A DNA stretch of 64,000 nucleotides from an uncultured Verrucomicrobiae bacterium (GTDB taxonomy: Bacteria; Verrucomicrobiota; Verrucomicrobiia; Chthoniobacterales; UBA10450), in NCBI GenBank assembly GCA_963815455.1, contig CAWFGO010000001.1, positions 1,152,001 to 1,216,000 of the forward strand, written 5' to 3'. Position numbers and translations under genes: made by a program. The notes beneath the pieces were generated by a model. That model was given only the letters and a program-made list of their open reading frames with translations. It was not told the origin of the DNA and made no database searches. Of this stretch, positions 30,265 through 40,333 are shown one piece after another. Positions within the stretch are counted from its first letter, which is position 1; the number at the start of each line of letters is the position of its first letter.

Positions 30265-32457
30265 ATGAACAAGTTCCTAATTTTAATAGTCACGCTGTTG
30301 ATCGGGGCAGCGGTGACGAAAGCACAACAACCGTCTCCTTCCGCCAGCCCGGCCGCAACTACTCCGGATGGAACCGCGACAGCTGAACGCGTCGTCGTAA
30401 GCGGCGGCGCAATCGAGAGCAGCGAAACGGACAAGGCCCAGTCGGTCGCTATCCTGAACGAGAACCATCTGAAACTGGCCACTACGCCGACATTGGGCGA
30501 CACACTTTCGGCCCAGCCGGGCGTGTCTGCCAGCGGATTTACCGCCGGCGCGAGCCGGCCCGTCATTCGCGGCCAGGCCGATAACCGCATTCGCGTTCTT
30601 AATAATGGCACCGAAGTCTTCGACGTTTCCAATCTCAGCCCCGATCACGCGCCGAGCGTGAGCACGCTGCTGAGCCAAAGCATCGAAATCGTTCGCGGGC
30701 CGGCCACGATTCTTTACGGTTCGGGCGCCATCGGCGGGGTTGTTAACGTAGCCGATAATCTTATTCCGGTTGAGCAACCCTCCGAGCCGATCAGCGGCGA
30801 AGCCGATGGCCGGTTCGATAGCGTTGATCTCGAACGCAGCGGCGCGATGGCGCTGACCATCTCGCCCTTCAAACACTGGGTTTTTCACGGTGAAGGCTCA
30901 TGGCTGCGCACCGACGATCGCCGGATCCCGGGATTCGCGCTGGATGAACGCATCCGGGCGCTGCTCACACCGGCGCAAAAACACAACGACGATTTTGGCG
31001 GCAATCCATCTGGCGAAGTGCCGAACACTTTTATTAAGACGAAAAATTTCGGCTTTGGCGGGTCCTACGTGTGGGACAAAGGCTATTTCGGAGTTTCTTA
31101 CTCGCGGTTCCTGTCCGAGTACGGCGTGCCGGACGATCCCGAAGTGGACGATCCCATGGTGCCGCCTGCGCGTGTTCATCTTGACCTGCGCAAGGACCAG
31201 TACAACGCTCGCAGCTCGATTGTCGATCCGTTCCCGTGGTTTTCGGTGGCGAACCTGAAATTTGTTTACACCGATTACAAACACGACGAGATCGACAACA
31301 ACACCGTCGGCGCAACATTCAAAACCAAGGGAGTCGATTCCCGCATTGAGCTGGTGCATCAGCCGGTTGGGCTATTCGAGGGCTCGATCGGCTCGCAAAT
31401 CTTCTACAAGAAATTGTCGATCCTGGGCGAAGAAGCATTTTTGCAACCGAGTGAAACGCTGGCCGTGGCCGGCTTCGTGTTTGAAGAAGTGAAATTAACG
31501 CCGGTGCGCCTCCAGTTTGGCGTCCGGGTCGAGAACGATTGGATCGACATCGACTCGAGCGATCCGGATTTAACTTCGTTGACATTGCCGAGCCAGAAGA
31601 GTCAGGACTTTGTCCCGGTTAGCGGCGCGGCGGGTGCGATCTACGATTTTGCGGAGGGCTGGCAGGTCGCGCTCAATCTTTCCTGGTCCGAGCGGGCCCC
31701 GACCGCCGAAGAGCTTTTCGCACGCGGTCCGCACGATGCGACGTTCCAATTCATCGTCGGCGATCCGACTCTCGATGTAGAAATCAATCGCTCAGCCGAT
31801 CTTAGCCTGAGAAAGACCGCCGGCGTCGTTACCGGTTTCATCAGCGGCTTTTATACAAACTACGACGGCTTCATCGATTTCTCGCCGACCGGAGATTTCG
31901 AAGACGGGCTGCGCGTTTTTGTTTACACACCGAAAAAGGCAGAGTTCTTTGGGGGCGAAGCTCGGGCCGACATTCATTTTCTGCCGTTAACGCTGACCAC
32001 GATGAGCGCGCCGGCCGAAGATTCGAAATCGGTGAAGAACGTGATCACCAAAGGCGAGAACACGACCCAGAAAAACCCGAACGATCTCTATCTGCGATTA
32101 CAAGGCGACTATGTTCACGCCGAGGACACGGACACAGGAGAGCCGCTGCCACGGATTACGCCCTGGCGTTGCAGTGCCTCACTTAACTATGAGTCGGAGC
32201 ACTGGACGGCGAGCATTGAAGGCCAGCGGGTGAATCGACAAAATCGCACCGCGGAATTCGAGACATCGACGCCGGGCTACACTTTCCTCAACGTGAGTCT
32301 CGGTTACAAATTCCAGTGGGGACGCACTTACAATTTCCTCTACGTTCGTGGCACCAACCTGACCGACGAGGAAGCGCGCGATCATCTCTCGTTCCTGAAA
32401 GAAGTGCTCCCGCTAGCCGGTCGGGGCGTGACGGTCGGGTTCCGCACGACCTTCTGA
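30265..32457 (+). CDS. TonB-dependent receptor (ZnuD-like subgroup)
   Basis: GASRPVIRG, SPDH, IEIVRGPATILYGSGAIGGVVN, GPHDAT, ARDHLSFLK, terminal F. Confidence 0.92.
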   Translation: MNKFLILIVTLLIGAAVTKAQQPSPSASPAATTPDGTATAERVVVSGGAIESSETDKAQSVAILNENHLKLATTPTLGDTLSAQPGVSASGFTAGASRPVIRGQADNRIRVLNNGTEVFDVSNLSPDHAPSVSTLLSQSIEIVRGPATILYGSGAIGGVVNVADNLIPVEQPSEPISGEADGRFDSVDLERSGAMALTISPFKHWVFHGEGSWLRTDDRRIPGFALDERIRALLTPAQKHNDDFGGNPSGEVPNTFIKTKNFGFGGSYVWDKGYFGVSYSRFLSEYGVPDDPEVDDPMVPPARVHLDLRKDQYNARSSIVDPFPWFSVANLKFVYTDYKHDEIDNNTVGATFKTKGVDSRIELVHQPVGLFEGSIGSQIFYKKLSILGEEAFLQPSETLAVAGFVFEEVKLTPVRLQFGVRVENDWIDIDSSDPDLTSLTLPSQKSQDFVPVSGAAGAIYDFAEGWQVALNLSWSERAPTAEELFARGPHDATFQFIVGDPTLDVEINRSADLSLRKTAGVVTGFISGFYTNYDGFIDFSPTGDFEDGLRVFVYTPKKAEFFGGEARADIHFLPLTLTTMSAPAEDSKSVKNVITKGENTTQKNPNDLYLRLQGDYVHAEDTDTGEPLPRITPWRCSASLNYESEHWTASIEGQRVNRQNRTAEFETSTPGYTFLNVSLGYKFQWGRTYNFLYVRGTNLTDEEARDHLSFLKEVLPLAGRGVTVGFRTTF

Positions 32458-32480
32458 GTGACTCGATCAATGCTCGCCTA

Positions 32481-33224
32481 ATGACGCGATCCGGCTTATT
32501 TGCCTTTCTCTGCATCGCGGCGGTTTGCGCCACCTCGGATGGTCAGGATTCGGTCACGGCTGCGGCGTCGCTTGAACCGAACCCTCCGAGCACGGAGAAG
32601 ATTACGTTTAGCGAAGTTAAGGTCGATGGACCGTACATCGCTATGACTTTTGATGATGGTCCGCAGGCGACCTACACGCCCAGGCTGCTCGATTTGGCAG
32701 CGCAGAGGCACATCAAGCTCACCTTCTTCGTCATTGGCCAATGCGTCGAGCAGAACCCGGCCGTTCTCCGCCGCGAGGTTGCGGACCGCCACGAAATCGG
32801 CAACCACACCTGGTCGCACCCCAATCTCGCGAAACTTCCAGACGACGGTATTCGAACCGAACTTCAGCGGACCGAAGACATCATCGTGAAAACCGTCGGT
32901 ATCAAACCGAAGTTGATGCGCCCTCCCTACGGCGCAATAACCCAGCGCCAGCGGCAATGGGTCAATCGCGACTTCGGTTACAAGATCATTTTGTGGGAAG
33001 TCGATCCTGTCGATTGGAAACGGCCTGGGGCTAATGTCGTCGCGCAACGCATCATCGCGGAAGCACGGCCTGGTTCGATCATTTTGTCCCACGATATTCA
33101 CCCGGGCACGATTGCGGCGATGCCGCAGGTTTTCGATACCCTCCTGGCCAAAGGATTCAAATTCGTGACCGTCTCGGAGTTGCTCGCCATGGATAAGGGC
33201 GGCGAGCGAAAACCGTCGAAATAA
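32481..33224 (+). CDS. Polysaccharide deacetylase (CE4/NodB)
   Basis: TFDDGP, HTWSH, RPPYG, DW, LSHD. Confidence 0.93.
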   Translation: MTRSGLFAFLCIAAVCATSDGQDSVTAAASLEPNPPSTEKITFSEVKVDGPYIAMTFDDGPQATYTPRLLDLAAQRHIKLTFFVIGQCVEQNPAVLRREVADRHEIGNHTWSHPNLAKLPDDGIRTELQRTEDIIVKTVGIKPKLMRPPYGAITQRQRQWVNRDFGYKIILWEVDPVDWKRPGANVVAQRIIAEARPGSIILSHDIHPGTIAAMPQVFDTLLAKGFKFVTVSELLAMDKGGERKPSK

Positions 33225-33403
33225 TTCTGCTAGTTTTCAACGGATGCGCCGGCGGGTGCGACCATCGTTTGAACCCTCGGTGCGTCGTTGATCTCAATTT
33301 CATTCGTCGCGATTGTGCGTCGGCGCACGAAAGTGTAGGGGCGAGCGTGTCACCCGCTTTCGAAATCATTTGCGGCCGACACGGCCGCCACTACACCTAG
33401 AAC

Positions 33404-34732
33404 GTGCATTCGTTCCATTATCGCGATGGCAAACTTCACTGCGAAGATGTCGATCTTGCCCGGGTGGCCGAGAAATTTGGCACGCCACTCTATATTTATA
33501 GCGCGAGCACGATTCTCGATCATTTTGGCCGGCTCGATGCGGCACTCGCGCCGCTCGATCACCTGATCTGTTATGCGGTCAAGGCCAATTCGAACCGCGC
33601 CATCCTGAAGCTGTTGGCCGAATCCGGCGCCGGGTTCGATATCGTTTCGGGTGGCGAACTGTTTCGCGTGCTTAAAGCAGACGGCGACCCGGCCAGATGC
33701 ACCTTTGCCGGCGTGGGAAAATCGCGCGAGGAAATTGAATACGCGCTCGATCGGCGCGTTTACAGTTTCAACGTCGAAAGCGAAGCGGAGCTGGATTACA
33801 TCGACAAAATTGCCGGCGCGAAAAACTTGCGCGCGCCGATCGCGCTGCGAGCCAATCCCGATGTCGATCCGCACACCCACGAATACACCTCCACCGGTTT
33901 GGAGGAGAATAAATTCGGCATCGCCCTCGGCCGGCTCGCCGTCGTTTACGAGCGCGCCGCGCAGATGCACCACATCGACATCGTCGGCCTGCAAATGCAC
34001 ATCGGTTCACAAATCACCGAGGCGGGGCCGTTCGCCGAGGCGATCAGGAAAGTGGCACCACTGGTGCGCGAGTTGAGATCGAAATACGGGATCAAGTTTT
34101 TCAGCATTGGCGGCGGCATGGGAATTATTTATCGCCGGGCGCTGGAAAGCGGCTCAGGCAAATGGTGGCATGAGCACGATGGCGAAGCGTCCGCTTTTAG
34201 CGTCCGTGATTATTCTCAAGCGATTATGCCCGCGCTGTGCGATCTCGGCGTTCGCATCCTGGTCGAGCCGGGTCGCTTCCTGGTTGGCAACGCCGGCGTC
34301 TTGCTCACCCGGGTCCGCTACGTTAAGAATACGGGCGCGAAGCGATTCGCCATTGTCGATGCCGGCATGAACGATCTCATTCGTCCCGCGCTCTATCACA
34401 GCTATCACGAAATCGTCCCGGTCGCCGAGCCGCGGCCTGTAGGGGAAGCTGACAGCTTCCCGGGCAAGAGCATGAGCAACGAAAAGATCGACATCGTCGG
34501 GCCGGTGTGCGAATCGGGCGATTTCTTTGCGATCGACCGCGAAATGCCCCAACTGCGCGAGGGCGATCTGCTGGCCATCATGAGCGCCGGAGCCTACGGA
34601 TTCGTTATGGCCTCCAATTACAACTCCCGTCCGTTACCCGCCGAGGTGCTCATCCGCGGCGAGAAATTCACGCTGATCCGAAAACGCCAGGTCTGGGAAG
34701 ACCTGGTGCGCGACGAAATCGATCCGGCATAA
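33404..34732 (+). CDS. lysA: Diaminopimelate decarboxylase
   Basis: YAVKANS, HIGSQ, EPGR, GPVCESGD, AGAYG. Confidence 0.97.
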   Translation: MHSFHYRDGKLHCEDVDLARVAEKFGTPLYIYSASTILDHFGRLDAALAPLDHLICYAVKANSNRAILKLLAESGAGFDIVSGGELFRVLKADGDPARCTFAGVGKSREEIEYALDRRVYSFNVESEAELDYIDKIAGAKNLRAPIALRANPDVDPHTHEYTSTGLEENKFGIALGRLAVVYERAAQMHHIDIVGLQMHIGSQITEAGPFAEAIRKVAPLVRELRSKYGIKFFSIGGGMGIIYRRALESGSGKWWHEHDGEASAFSVRDYSQAIMPALCDLGVRILVEPGRFLVGNAGVLLTRVRYVKNTGAKRFAIVDAGMNDLIRPALYHSYHEIVPVAEPRPVGEADSFPGKSMSNEKIDIVGPVCESGDFFAIDREMPQLREGDLLAIMSAGAYGFVMASNYNSRPLPAEVLIRGEKFTLIRKRQVWEDLVRDEIDPA

Positions 34733-34738
34733 CCGCGT

Positions 34739-34862
34739 TGTCGTCCTGAGCGGAGCACATATCCCAGCTGTCATCCTGAGCGGAGCGAAGCGAAGTCGAA
34801 GGATCTCGCGGAATCAGGCCGCAGGTTCGAATCGGGATCCCTCGACTTCGCCCGGGATGACG
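34739..34862. repeat. GTCATCCTGAGC-type repeat cluster (tandem half plus inverted pair)
   Basis: TGTCATCCTGAGCGGAGCGAAGCGAAGTCGAAGGATC ... GATCCCTCGACTTCGCCCGGGATGAC. Confidence 0.85.
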
Positions 34863-34921
34863 CCGCGGCTGCCGCTTGCGCAAATTCGTGGCGCGCGTAA
34901 ATACTATTCCCACTAAAATCA

Positions 34922-35620
34922 ATGAAACGGTCCCTCGCCATCCTATTTGCCCTGCTTGCTCTCACCCAGATCGCGCCCGCGCGCCAGACCCAGAGCGAAG
35001 CGGTGCTCCTCATCGGCGGACCATCCCTTTATCAATGGGAAAAATATAAGGCGTATCCGCACGATCATTGGTGGGCGAATTTTGTCCGGGCCGCTCGGAT
35101 TCGCACCGAGCAATTGCGCGGTCAGCTTGGACCAAACGCGACCATCACCTGGCTTGTCTACAAGCAGGGCTACATCGATCGAGCCGAGCAGGAACACCAG
35201 GACTTGATCGCCCTCATCGATTCCGTGCGCGAGAAATTCAATCTCAACCTGGTTTACTTCGACAAGGGCGGCGAGGTGATCAACTACCTGAACAACGGCC
35301 AGCCGCGCGACCGGGTGAAGATCGTCGATTTCGAATACTTCGGGCATTCGAACAAGGCTTGTTTCATGTTCGATTACAGCAGCCATCTCGACAGCGCCGC
35401 CAAGTCATGGTTGCACGAGAACGATCTGGTGAGAATCAATCGCCGCATTTTCGCGCGGGATGCCTATATCAAAAGCTGGGGCTGTCACACCGGCGAAAGC
35501 ATGTCGACAAAATGGTATCGAGCCACCGGCACCCATATGATCGGCGCCATCGGCAAGACCCAGTTCATGATGGAAGAACTGCCCATCCTCACCTCCCAGA
35601 ACGGCAAGTGGGTGAACTGA
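34922..35620 (+). CDS. Secreted conserved hypothetical protein (possible His-Cys peptidase)
   Basis: Signal peptide; FEYFGHS and KSWGCHTG. Confidence 0.75.
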   Translation: MKRSLAILFALLALTQIAPARQTQSEAVLLIGGPSLYQWEKYKAYPHDHWWANFVRAARIRTEQLRGQLGPNATITWLVYKQGYIDRAEQEHQDLIALIDSVREKFNLNLVYFDKGGEVINYLNNGQPRDRVKIVDFEYFGHSNKACFMFDYSSHLDSAAKSWLHENDLVRINRRIFARDAYIKSWGCHTGESMSTKWYRATGTHMIGAIGKTQFMMEELPILTSQNGKWVN

Positions 35621-35711
35621 ATTTTCGACTAGATGGCGACTCGGCCGCGCCGGTAGATTTCCTGCAAAAATTCGTGTTCATTCGTGTCCATTCGTGGTTA
35701 ACATTCCGGTG

Positions 35712-35921
35712 ATGAAGATCTCTGCCGAAGATCAAAAAGGGCTCAGCGTGATTCTGATCTGTCTGGGCCTCCTTTCCTTTCTGCTCGGGATCGCCGGTCG
35801 AACCAAAATGGATTTCCACTACGCCAATCAAATCTTCACCACCGGAATGTCCGTCGCGGCTGTACTGGCCGGGCTGGGTGTGATCGTGTTCCTGTTTTCC
35901 CTGCGGAAAAACCGGGGCTAG
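35712..35921 (+). CDS. Small 2-TM protein
   Basis: Two hydrophobic helices, basic C-terminus. Confidence 0.55.
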   Translation: MKISAEDQKGLSVILICLGLLSFLLGIAGRTKMDFHYANQIFTTGMSVAAVLAGLGVIVFLFSLRKNRG

Positions 35922-36063
35922 CTCCGGCTTCCGCCTTCGAAGCCGATCCCTTTCTGTCATCCTGGGCGAACGAAATCGAAGGACCTCAAATTCTTTCGCC
36001 TGGTCCTCTCCATCGTCGCTCGCTCAATTGTCGATCTTGCCGAACCTCTCGGCACATACGAGC

Positions 36064-37215
36064 ATGCGCGATTCCGTGAGCGAAACGACAACGCCACCGC
36101 GGCTCGACGTCGATCCGCGCTTTCAAAATCGTGAACGGCAGCCGGGTCTCGATCTCCTCCGTGCGCTCGCAATCGTTGTCGTCGTGGTTTATCACGCGGG
36201 CATTTTCGGGTTCGTCCTCCCGGGCCGCATCCATCGCTTTGGCTGGATCGGTGTCGATCTCTTCTTCGTCCTCAGCGGTTATCTCATCGGCGGTCAACTC
36301 CTCGCACCGCTTGCCCGCGGCCAGAACATCAATTTCGGGCGCTTCTTTTCCCGACGGGCATTGCGAATCCTGCCCGCATATCTTGTCGTGCTCGCGATTT
36401 ACTTTTGGCTGCCGTCGCTGCGGGAATTTCCGGACATATCTCCGCTCTGGAAATTTCTGATCTCAGTTCAAAACATTGACCTGCGCGGTGGCACCGCTTT
36501 TTCGCACGCCTGGTCGCTCGCCATCGAAGATCAATTCTACCTGGCCCTGCCGCTGGTCCTCATTTTGATCAGTCGCTGGCCGCGCGCGGGGATTGTAGTT
36601 CCTTGCGCGATTGTTCTTGGTGGCATCGTTCTGCGCACGTTTCTGGCCTGGCAATTTCCCGGCGAGTCCGGCGGCGTTTCCTTCCGGGGTTTCCAAAGAT
36701 GGATTTATTATCCCACCTGGACCCGGCTCGATCCGCTGGTCTTCGGCGTTGCGCTCGCGGCGATCGAGAAATTTCGACCTAATTGGTGGCAGCGACTGAT
36801 GAATACCGCGATCTGGCTCTGGCTACCCGGCCTGGCCGCGATCGTTTACGGTCTTTACCTGGGCGAAGGAGACATCCTCACCGTCGTCGCCTGCGTCTGG
36901 CAATTCCCACTGATCGCTCTCGGAATGGCCGCGTTGCTCGTCTGTGCCGTCAGCCCGCGACTGCCGTTCCGGCGAACCGAGATCCCGGGCGCCGCTCTTT
37001 TCGCCAGCATCGCGTTCAGCGTTTACCTCAGTCACAAACTCGTCATTCATCAGGCAATTCAATTCTGTTCGGGCCACGACATCGCGCTCACCTCCGTTTG
37101 GGCGCTTCTTCTGGTCGAGACCGGCATCTACATCGGCGGACTCGTCTTGTTCATGGCTGTGGAACGACCATTCCTTCAATTGCGACACCGAATCGCCCAA
37201 CGCCAATTGCGATAA
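36064..37215 (+). CDS. Acyltransferase-3 (OafA-like) membrane O-acyltransferase
   Basis: GLDLLRALAI, GVDLFFVLSGYLI, RRALRILPAY, HAWSLAIEDQFY. Confidence 0.93.
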   Translation: MRDSVSETTTPPRLDVDPRFQNRERQPGLDLLRALAIVVVVVYHAGIFGFVLPGRIHRFGWIGVDLFFVLSGYLIGGQLLAPLARGQNINFGRFFSRRALRILPAYLVVLAIYFWLPSLREFPDISPLWKFLISVQNIDLRGGTAFSHAWSLAIEDQFYLALPLVLILISRWPRAGIVVPCAIVLGGIVLRTFLAWQFPGESGGVSFRGFQRWIYYPTWTRLDPLVFGVALAAIEKFRPNWWQRLMNTAIWLWLPGLAAIVYGLYLGEGDILTVVACVWQFPLIALGMAALLVCAVSPRLPFRRTEIPGAALFASIAFSVYLSHKLVIHQAIQFCSGHDIALTSVWALLLVETGIYIGGLVLFMAVERPFLQLRHRIAQRQLR

Positions 37216-37359
37216 CCGCACGATTTTCTGACGCTATCCGGCCACTTCTTTGGTCGACCTGACTTCTGACCTCCTATCCGCCCTACTTCTTAAATCTTAC
37301 ATCATAAATCTGCCTCCCCTCCGCCCTCGCTATTTCGCGGATATCGGCTATAGTGCGTG

Positions 37360-37716
37360 ATGTCCAAATCTGCTGGTGCTTCTTTCTCACGCCGTGCGCC
37401 CGATAACATCACTGAAGAGCTCGTGGCCGTGCTTTCGTCCAAGGCCTCGTTTGAATTCAAGGCCTTGTTCGACGTGATCTTCCTGAACCTCAAGGAGCGG
37501 AATGCCGCCAGTGGGGGAGAAGAAATGCTGCGTTTGCGCACCTATGAGAAACTCCAGAGCCTCGTCCACCAGGGGGCCGTCACCAGAACGGTCAAGGGGA
37601 TCGTGAAGAACTACAAGGGTGTCGGCTCGCGCCTAGTCGCGCTGAGCGCCGAGATGGAAGTTCTGCGCAGCGAATGGAACCAGAAAGTTCTGGCCAAAGC
37701 CGCGGCCCGGGATTGA
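37360..37716 (+). CDS. Small basic hypothetical protein
   Basis: SGGEEMLRLRTYEKLQ; TATAGT 5 nt upstream; diverged partial copy at 41179. Confidence 0.75.
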   Translation: MSKSAGASFSRRAPDNITEELVAVLSSKASFEFKALFDVIFLNLKERNAASGGEEMLRLRTYEKLQSLVHQGAVTRTVKGIVKNYKGVGSRLVALSAEMEVLRSEWNQKVLAKAAARD

Positions 37717-37864
37717 GGTCGACAATTCCCGGGGACGCTCTCTTGATTTGCGCTCCGGAGCCCATTGTAGGGCGTCTGTGTCAGACGCCATCCGCACGGG
37801 GCTTCCCGAGAAACGCCCTGCCCCAAATCGGGCTTGAATTCGACTTCTGACATCTCGTTGCTCA

Positions 37865-38479
37865 TCACTTTGCCAGATGCGAAACCGGATCGCTCCAATC
37901 GCCTTGCCCGGTTAAGCCGCCCAGCGCGCGCACTTGAATCGTGTAGACCATGCCGAGCGTGAGTCGATCGAAGATGATGTGCTGCCAATCGCCTGTGAAC
38001 ACACTCGGCAGCCAGGGACCATCGGCTTGGGAGCGACCCTCGTACAAGTTGCTGTTCCTCACCGGGTGCCGAAGTCGCCCGATCAATTGTCCGGTAACGC
38101 CGTTCTCGACGATCGGGCGCTCCGGTTTCTCCAGGGGCCACAGCGCCCGGTTCGGACTTCTCGCTTCAAATCCGGAACTCCGCAATTGCTCCATGTCTTT
38201 GGCTGTGGTCTGCACGTAACCGGCCAGCTTGCGCAAAACCCCAAGTAAGGTTTGGCGGGACAAATTTTTCGTCGCGGTGTCGATCGATCCGCCCATGGCT
38301 GCTTTCTCGATCTGGAGCGCAAAATCAGCACTTGCCGTTTTGAGCATCGGCAGCATTGCCTCGATGAACGGCACTGAATAGGCCGGGTTTCTCCTCATGC
38401 TCCTGTCGATTCTCATCGCGAAATCATCCAGGTCCATGTCCGATAACTTCGCGAATCGATACGAAACGCTGATTCCCAT
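37865..38479 (-). CDS. Helical N-domain plus fibronectin type III domain protein
   Basis: C-terminal LTLGMVYTIQVRALGG..DWSDPV. Confidence 0.75.
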   Translation of the reverse strand: MGISVSYRFAKLSDMDLDDFAMRIDRSMRRNPAYSVPFIEAMLPMLKTASADFALQIEKAAMGGSIDTATKNLSRQTLLGVLRKLAGYVQTTAKDMEQLRSSGFEARSPNRALWPLEKPERPIVENGVTGQLIGRLRHPVRNSNLYEGRSQADGPWLPSVFTGDWQHIIFDRLTLGMVYTIQVRALGGLTGQGDWSDPVSHLAK

Positions 38480-38665
38480 TTAGCTCCCTTGGTTGTGGTT
38501 AATGGTTGAAGCGAGATCCCCCGCCACGACAACCCGGCTTCCCTCGCCGTTGCCAGCGCAAAAGGCAGCAATAGGCGTTCCCATATTATGAAAATTATAA
38601 GGCGAACCGGAATCCGCGTCTCAAGATGCATCCGGCCAGAACGACGAAAACTTTTCTTACTGCGC

Positions 38666-39223
38666 TCAACGCTGGGCAGCAGGTTTGCCCCTCAGCAATT
38701 CCGCCAGCTTGCGCGCCGTATTAGAGTTTCGGACCGTGATCCGGCGATAGATCGGATGGCTTGGCAATTTGCCGCTCGTCGTGCGTCCGAACAACGCGAT
38801 GGAAAGCGACTGATAAATCACGCCCCGGCCCGGCGTCACCATTTCGATCTCCGGTTTCAATCTGCCCATCGCCTCAATCACATCGCCCGTCTTTGTTCCC
38901 GGCAGGAGCGCCAGAAGATTGTGTTTCCAATCCTTGTTCGTTCCCCACGATTTCGGCGCGCGCCGCACAATTTCCCGCCATTCACTTTCCGCGAACACCA
39001 CCACACCCACCTGCATCGCAAACGTCTTCTCGATGGACGCTTCCATCTTGCGTGCCAACCGGTCCACGTCCGTTTTCGGCGCCGCAAAAAGCACATTGCC
39101 GCTCTGGATATAAGTCTGCACCTCCGCGAAGCCGGCTTTCTCCAGACACTTTTTCAACTCGCTCATCCGGATCAATCCCTTGCCGCCCACATTGATTCCG
39201 CGCAACAACGCCAGGTAGTTCAT
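38666..39223 (-). CDS. DUF1697 family protein
   Basis: YLALLRGINVGG, VQTYIQSGNV, TVRN. Confidence 0.93.
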   Translation of the reverse strand: MNYLALLRGINVGGKGLIRMSELKKCLEKAGFAEVQTYIQSGNVLFAAPKTDVDRLARKMEASIEKTFAMQVGVVVFAESEWREIVRRAPKSWGTNKDWKHNLLALLPGTKTGDVIEAMGRLKPEIEMVTPGRGVIYQSLSIALFGRTTSGKLPSHPIYRRITVRNSNTARKLAELLRGKPAAQR

Positions 39224-39372
39224 TCGTTCCCCATCATATTCAGAGAAATGGACGTTTCTATTAAATCGCGACGCGCTCTCCGCCTTTCAGCGAATCGAAT
39301 TGGATTGACATTTGACCAATTTCTTCTCAGCCTTGGGCTCGCTCTTTAACCTAACCAACCGCCTTGTTGCTT

Positions 39373-40194
39373 ATGAAAAAAGCCACTTCCTACTGCCTTG
39401 TCCTCACATTCCTGTTCGCCAGTCTTCTGGTTTCCACCGCTCGCGCAGACCTGATTGCCGTCGATTCCAGTCGCGCGCTGTATTCGATCGACATGACCAC
39501 CGGGGCCAAGACCCTGATCGGGACCGTGAGCGCAAATGCCAGCACCACCGCAGAACTGGCCTACAATCCCGTGAACGGCGTTATTTACCTCAGCTCGACC
39601 GGCAACGACTCGCTTTTCAGCCTCGACCTGGCCACCGGGAACGCCACGCTCATCGGCGCGTATGGCGATTCCGCGGTCGTCATGCACGGGCTCGAATACG
39701 ACGACAGCACGGGGATTCTGTATGGCGTCTCTTCCCACAACAACGGCCTTTACAATATCAATCCGTTGACCGGTGTCGCCACATTGATCGGCACCTCCGG
39801 CCTCACTTCGTTCACCAATCTCGGTTACAATTCCGCCACCAACCAGATGTTCGCCACCAACAGCGGCAGCGACAGTTTCTATCTGATGAATCGCGCGACC
39901 GGCGCGACTACGCTGATCGGGGCGTTGAATGGGCCGACCAACCCGAACGGCGTGGCCTACGATCGCGACAACGGGTTGATGTACATGGTCGATAACAGCA
40001 CGGACAATCTCTATACCATCAACATGATCACCGGCGAGGCGACTCTGATCGGTTCCACCGGCCCGGGTAATCTGCTCGGACTGGTTTACATTCCCGTGCC
40101 CGAGCCCAGCTCGATCATGCTGCTCGGCGTCGGCGCCGCTTTGCTCGCCGCCCGCCGTTGGCGCGGATCACGTCGATCCAAACAGAGAGCCTAG
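39373..40194 (+). CDS. PEP-CTERM secreted beta-propeller-like protein
   Basis: Repeated LYxIxxxTGxATLIG blades; VPEPSS + TM + RR. Confidence 0.88.
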   Translation: MKKATSYCLVLTFLFASLLVSTARADLIAVDSSRALYSIDMTTGAKTLIGTVSANASTTAELAYNPVNGVIYLSSTGNDSLFSLDLATGNATLIGAYGDSAVVMHGLEYDDSTGILYGVSSHNNGLYNINPLTGVATLIGTSGLTSFTNLGYNSATNQMFATNSGSDSFYLMNRATGATTLIGALNGPTNPNGVAYDRDNGLMYMVDNSTDNLYTINMITGEATLIGSTGPGNLLGLVYIPVPEPSSIMLLGVGAALLAARRWRGSRRSKQRA

Positions 40195-40333
40195 ACTCCC
40201 TGTAGCGGCGGTCTCTGACCGTCGATTTTCGGCGACGACTCCCCGCTTCCCCTGAATATTTCCTCCCGATTGGCGTAATCCGCGGTAACTTGTCACTCGC
40301 CTGCCAAGCCATAGCCAGGCGAACGCTGGTCAC

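Noticed and set aside
33225..33403. Lysine riboswitch upstream of lysA
   Set aside because: Hairpins are present but the conserved AGAGGU..GCCGAA core was not found; part is a REP half
34769..34862. tRNA-like sequence (GGTTCGAATC)
   Set aside because: Lies in the spacer of a palindromic repeat; no cloverleaf
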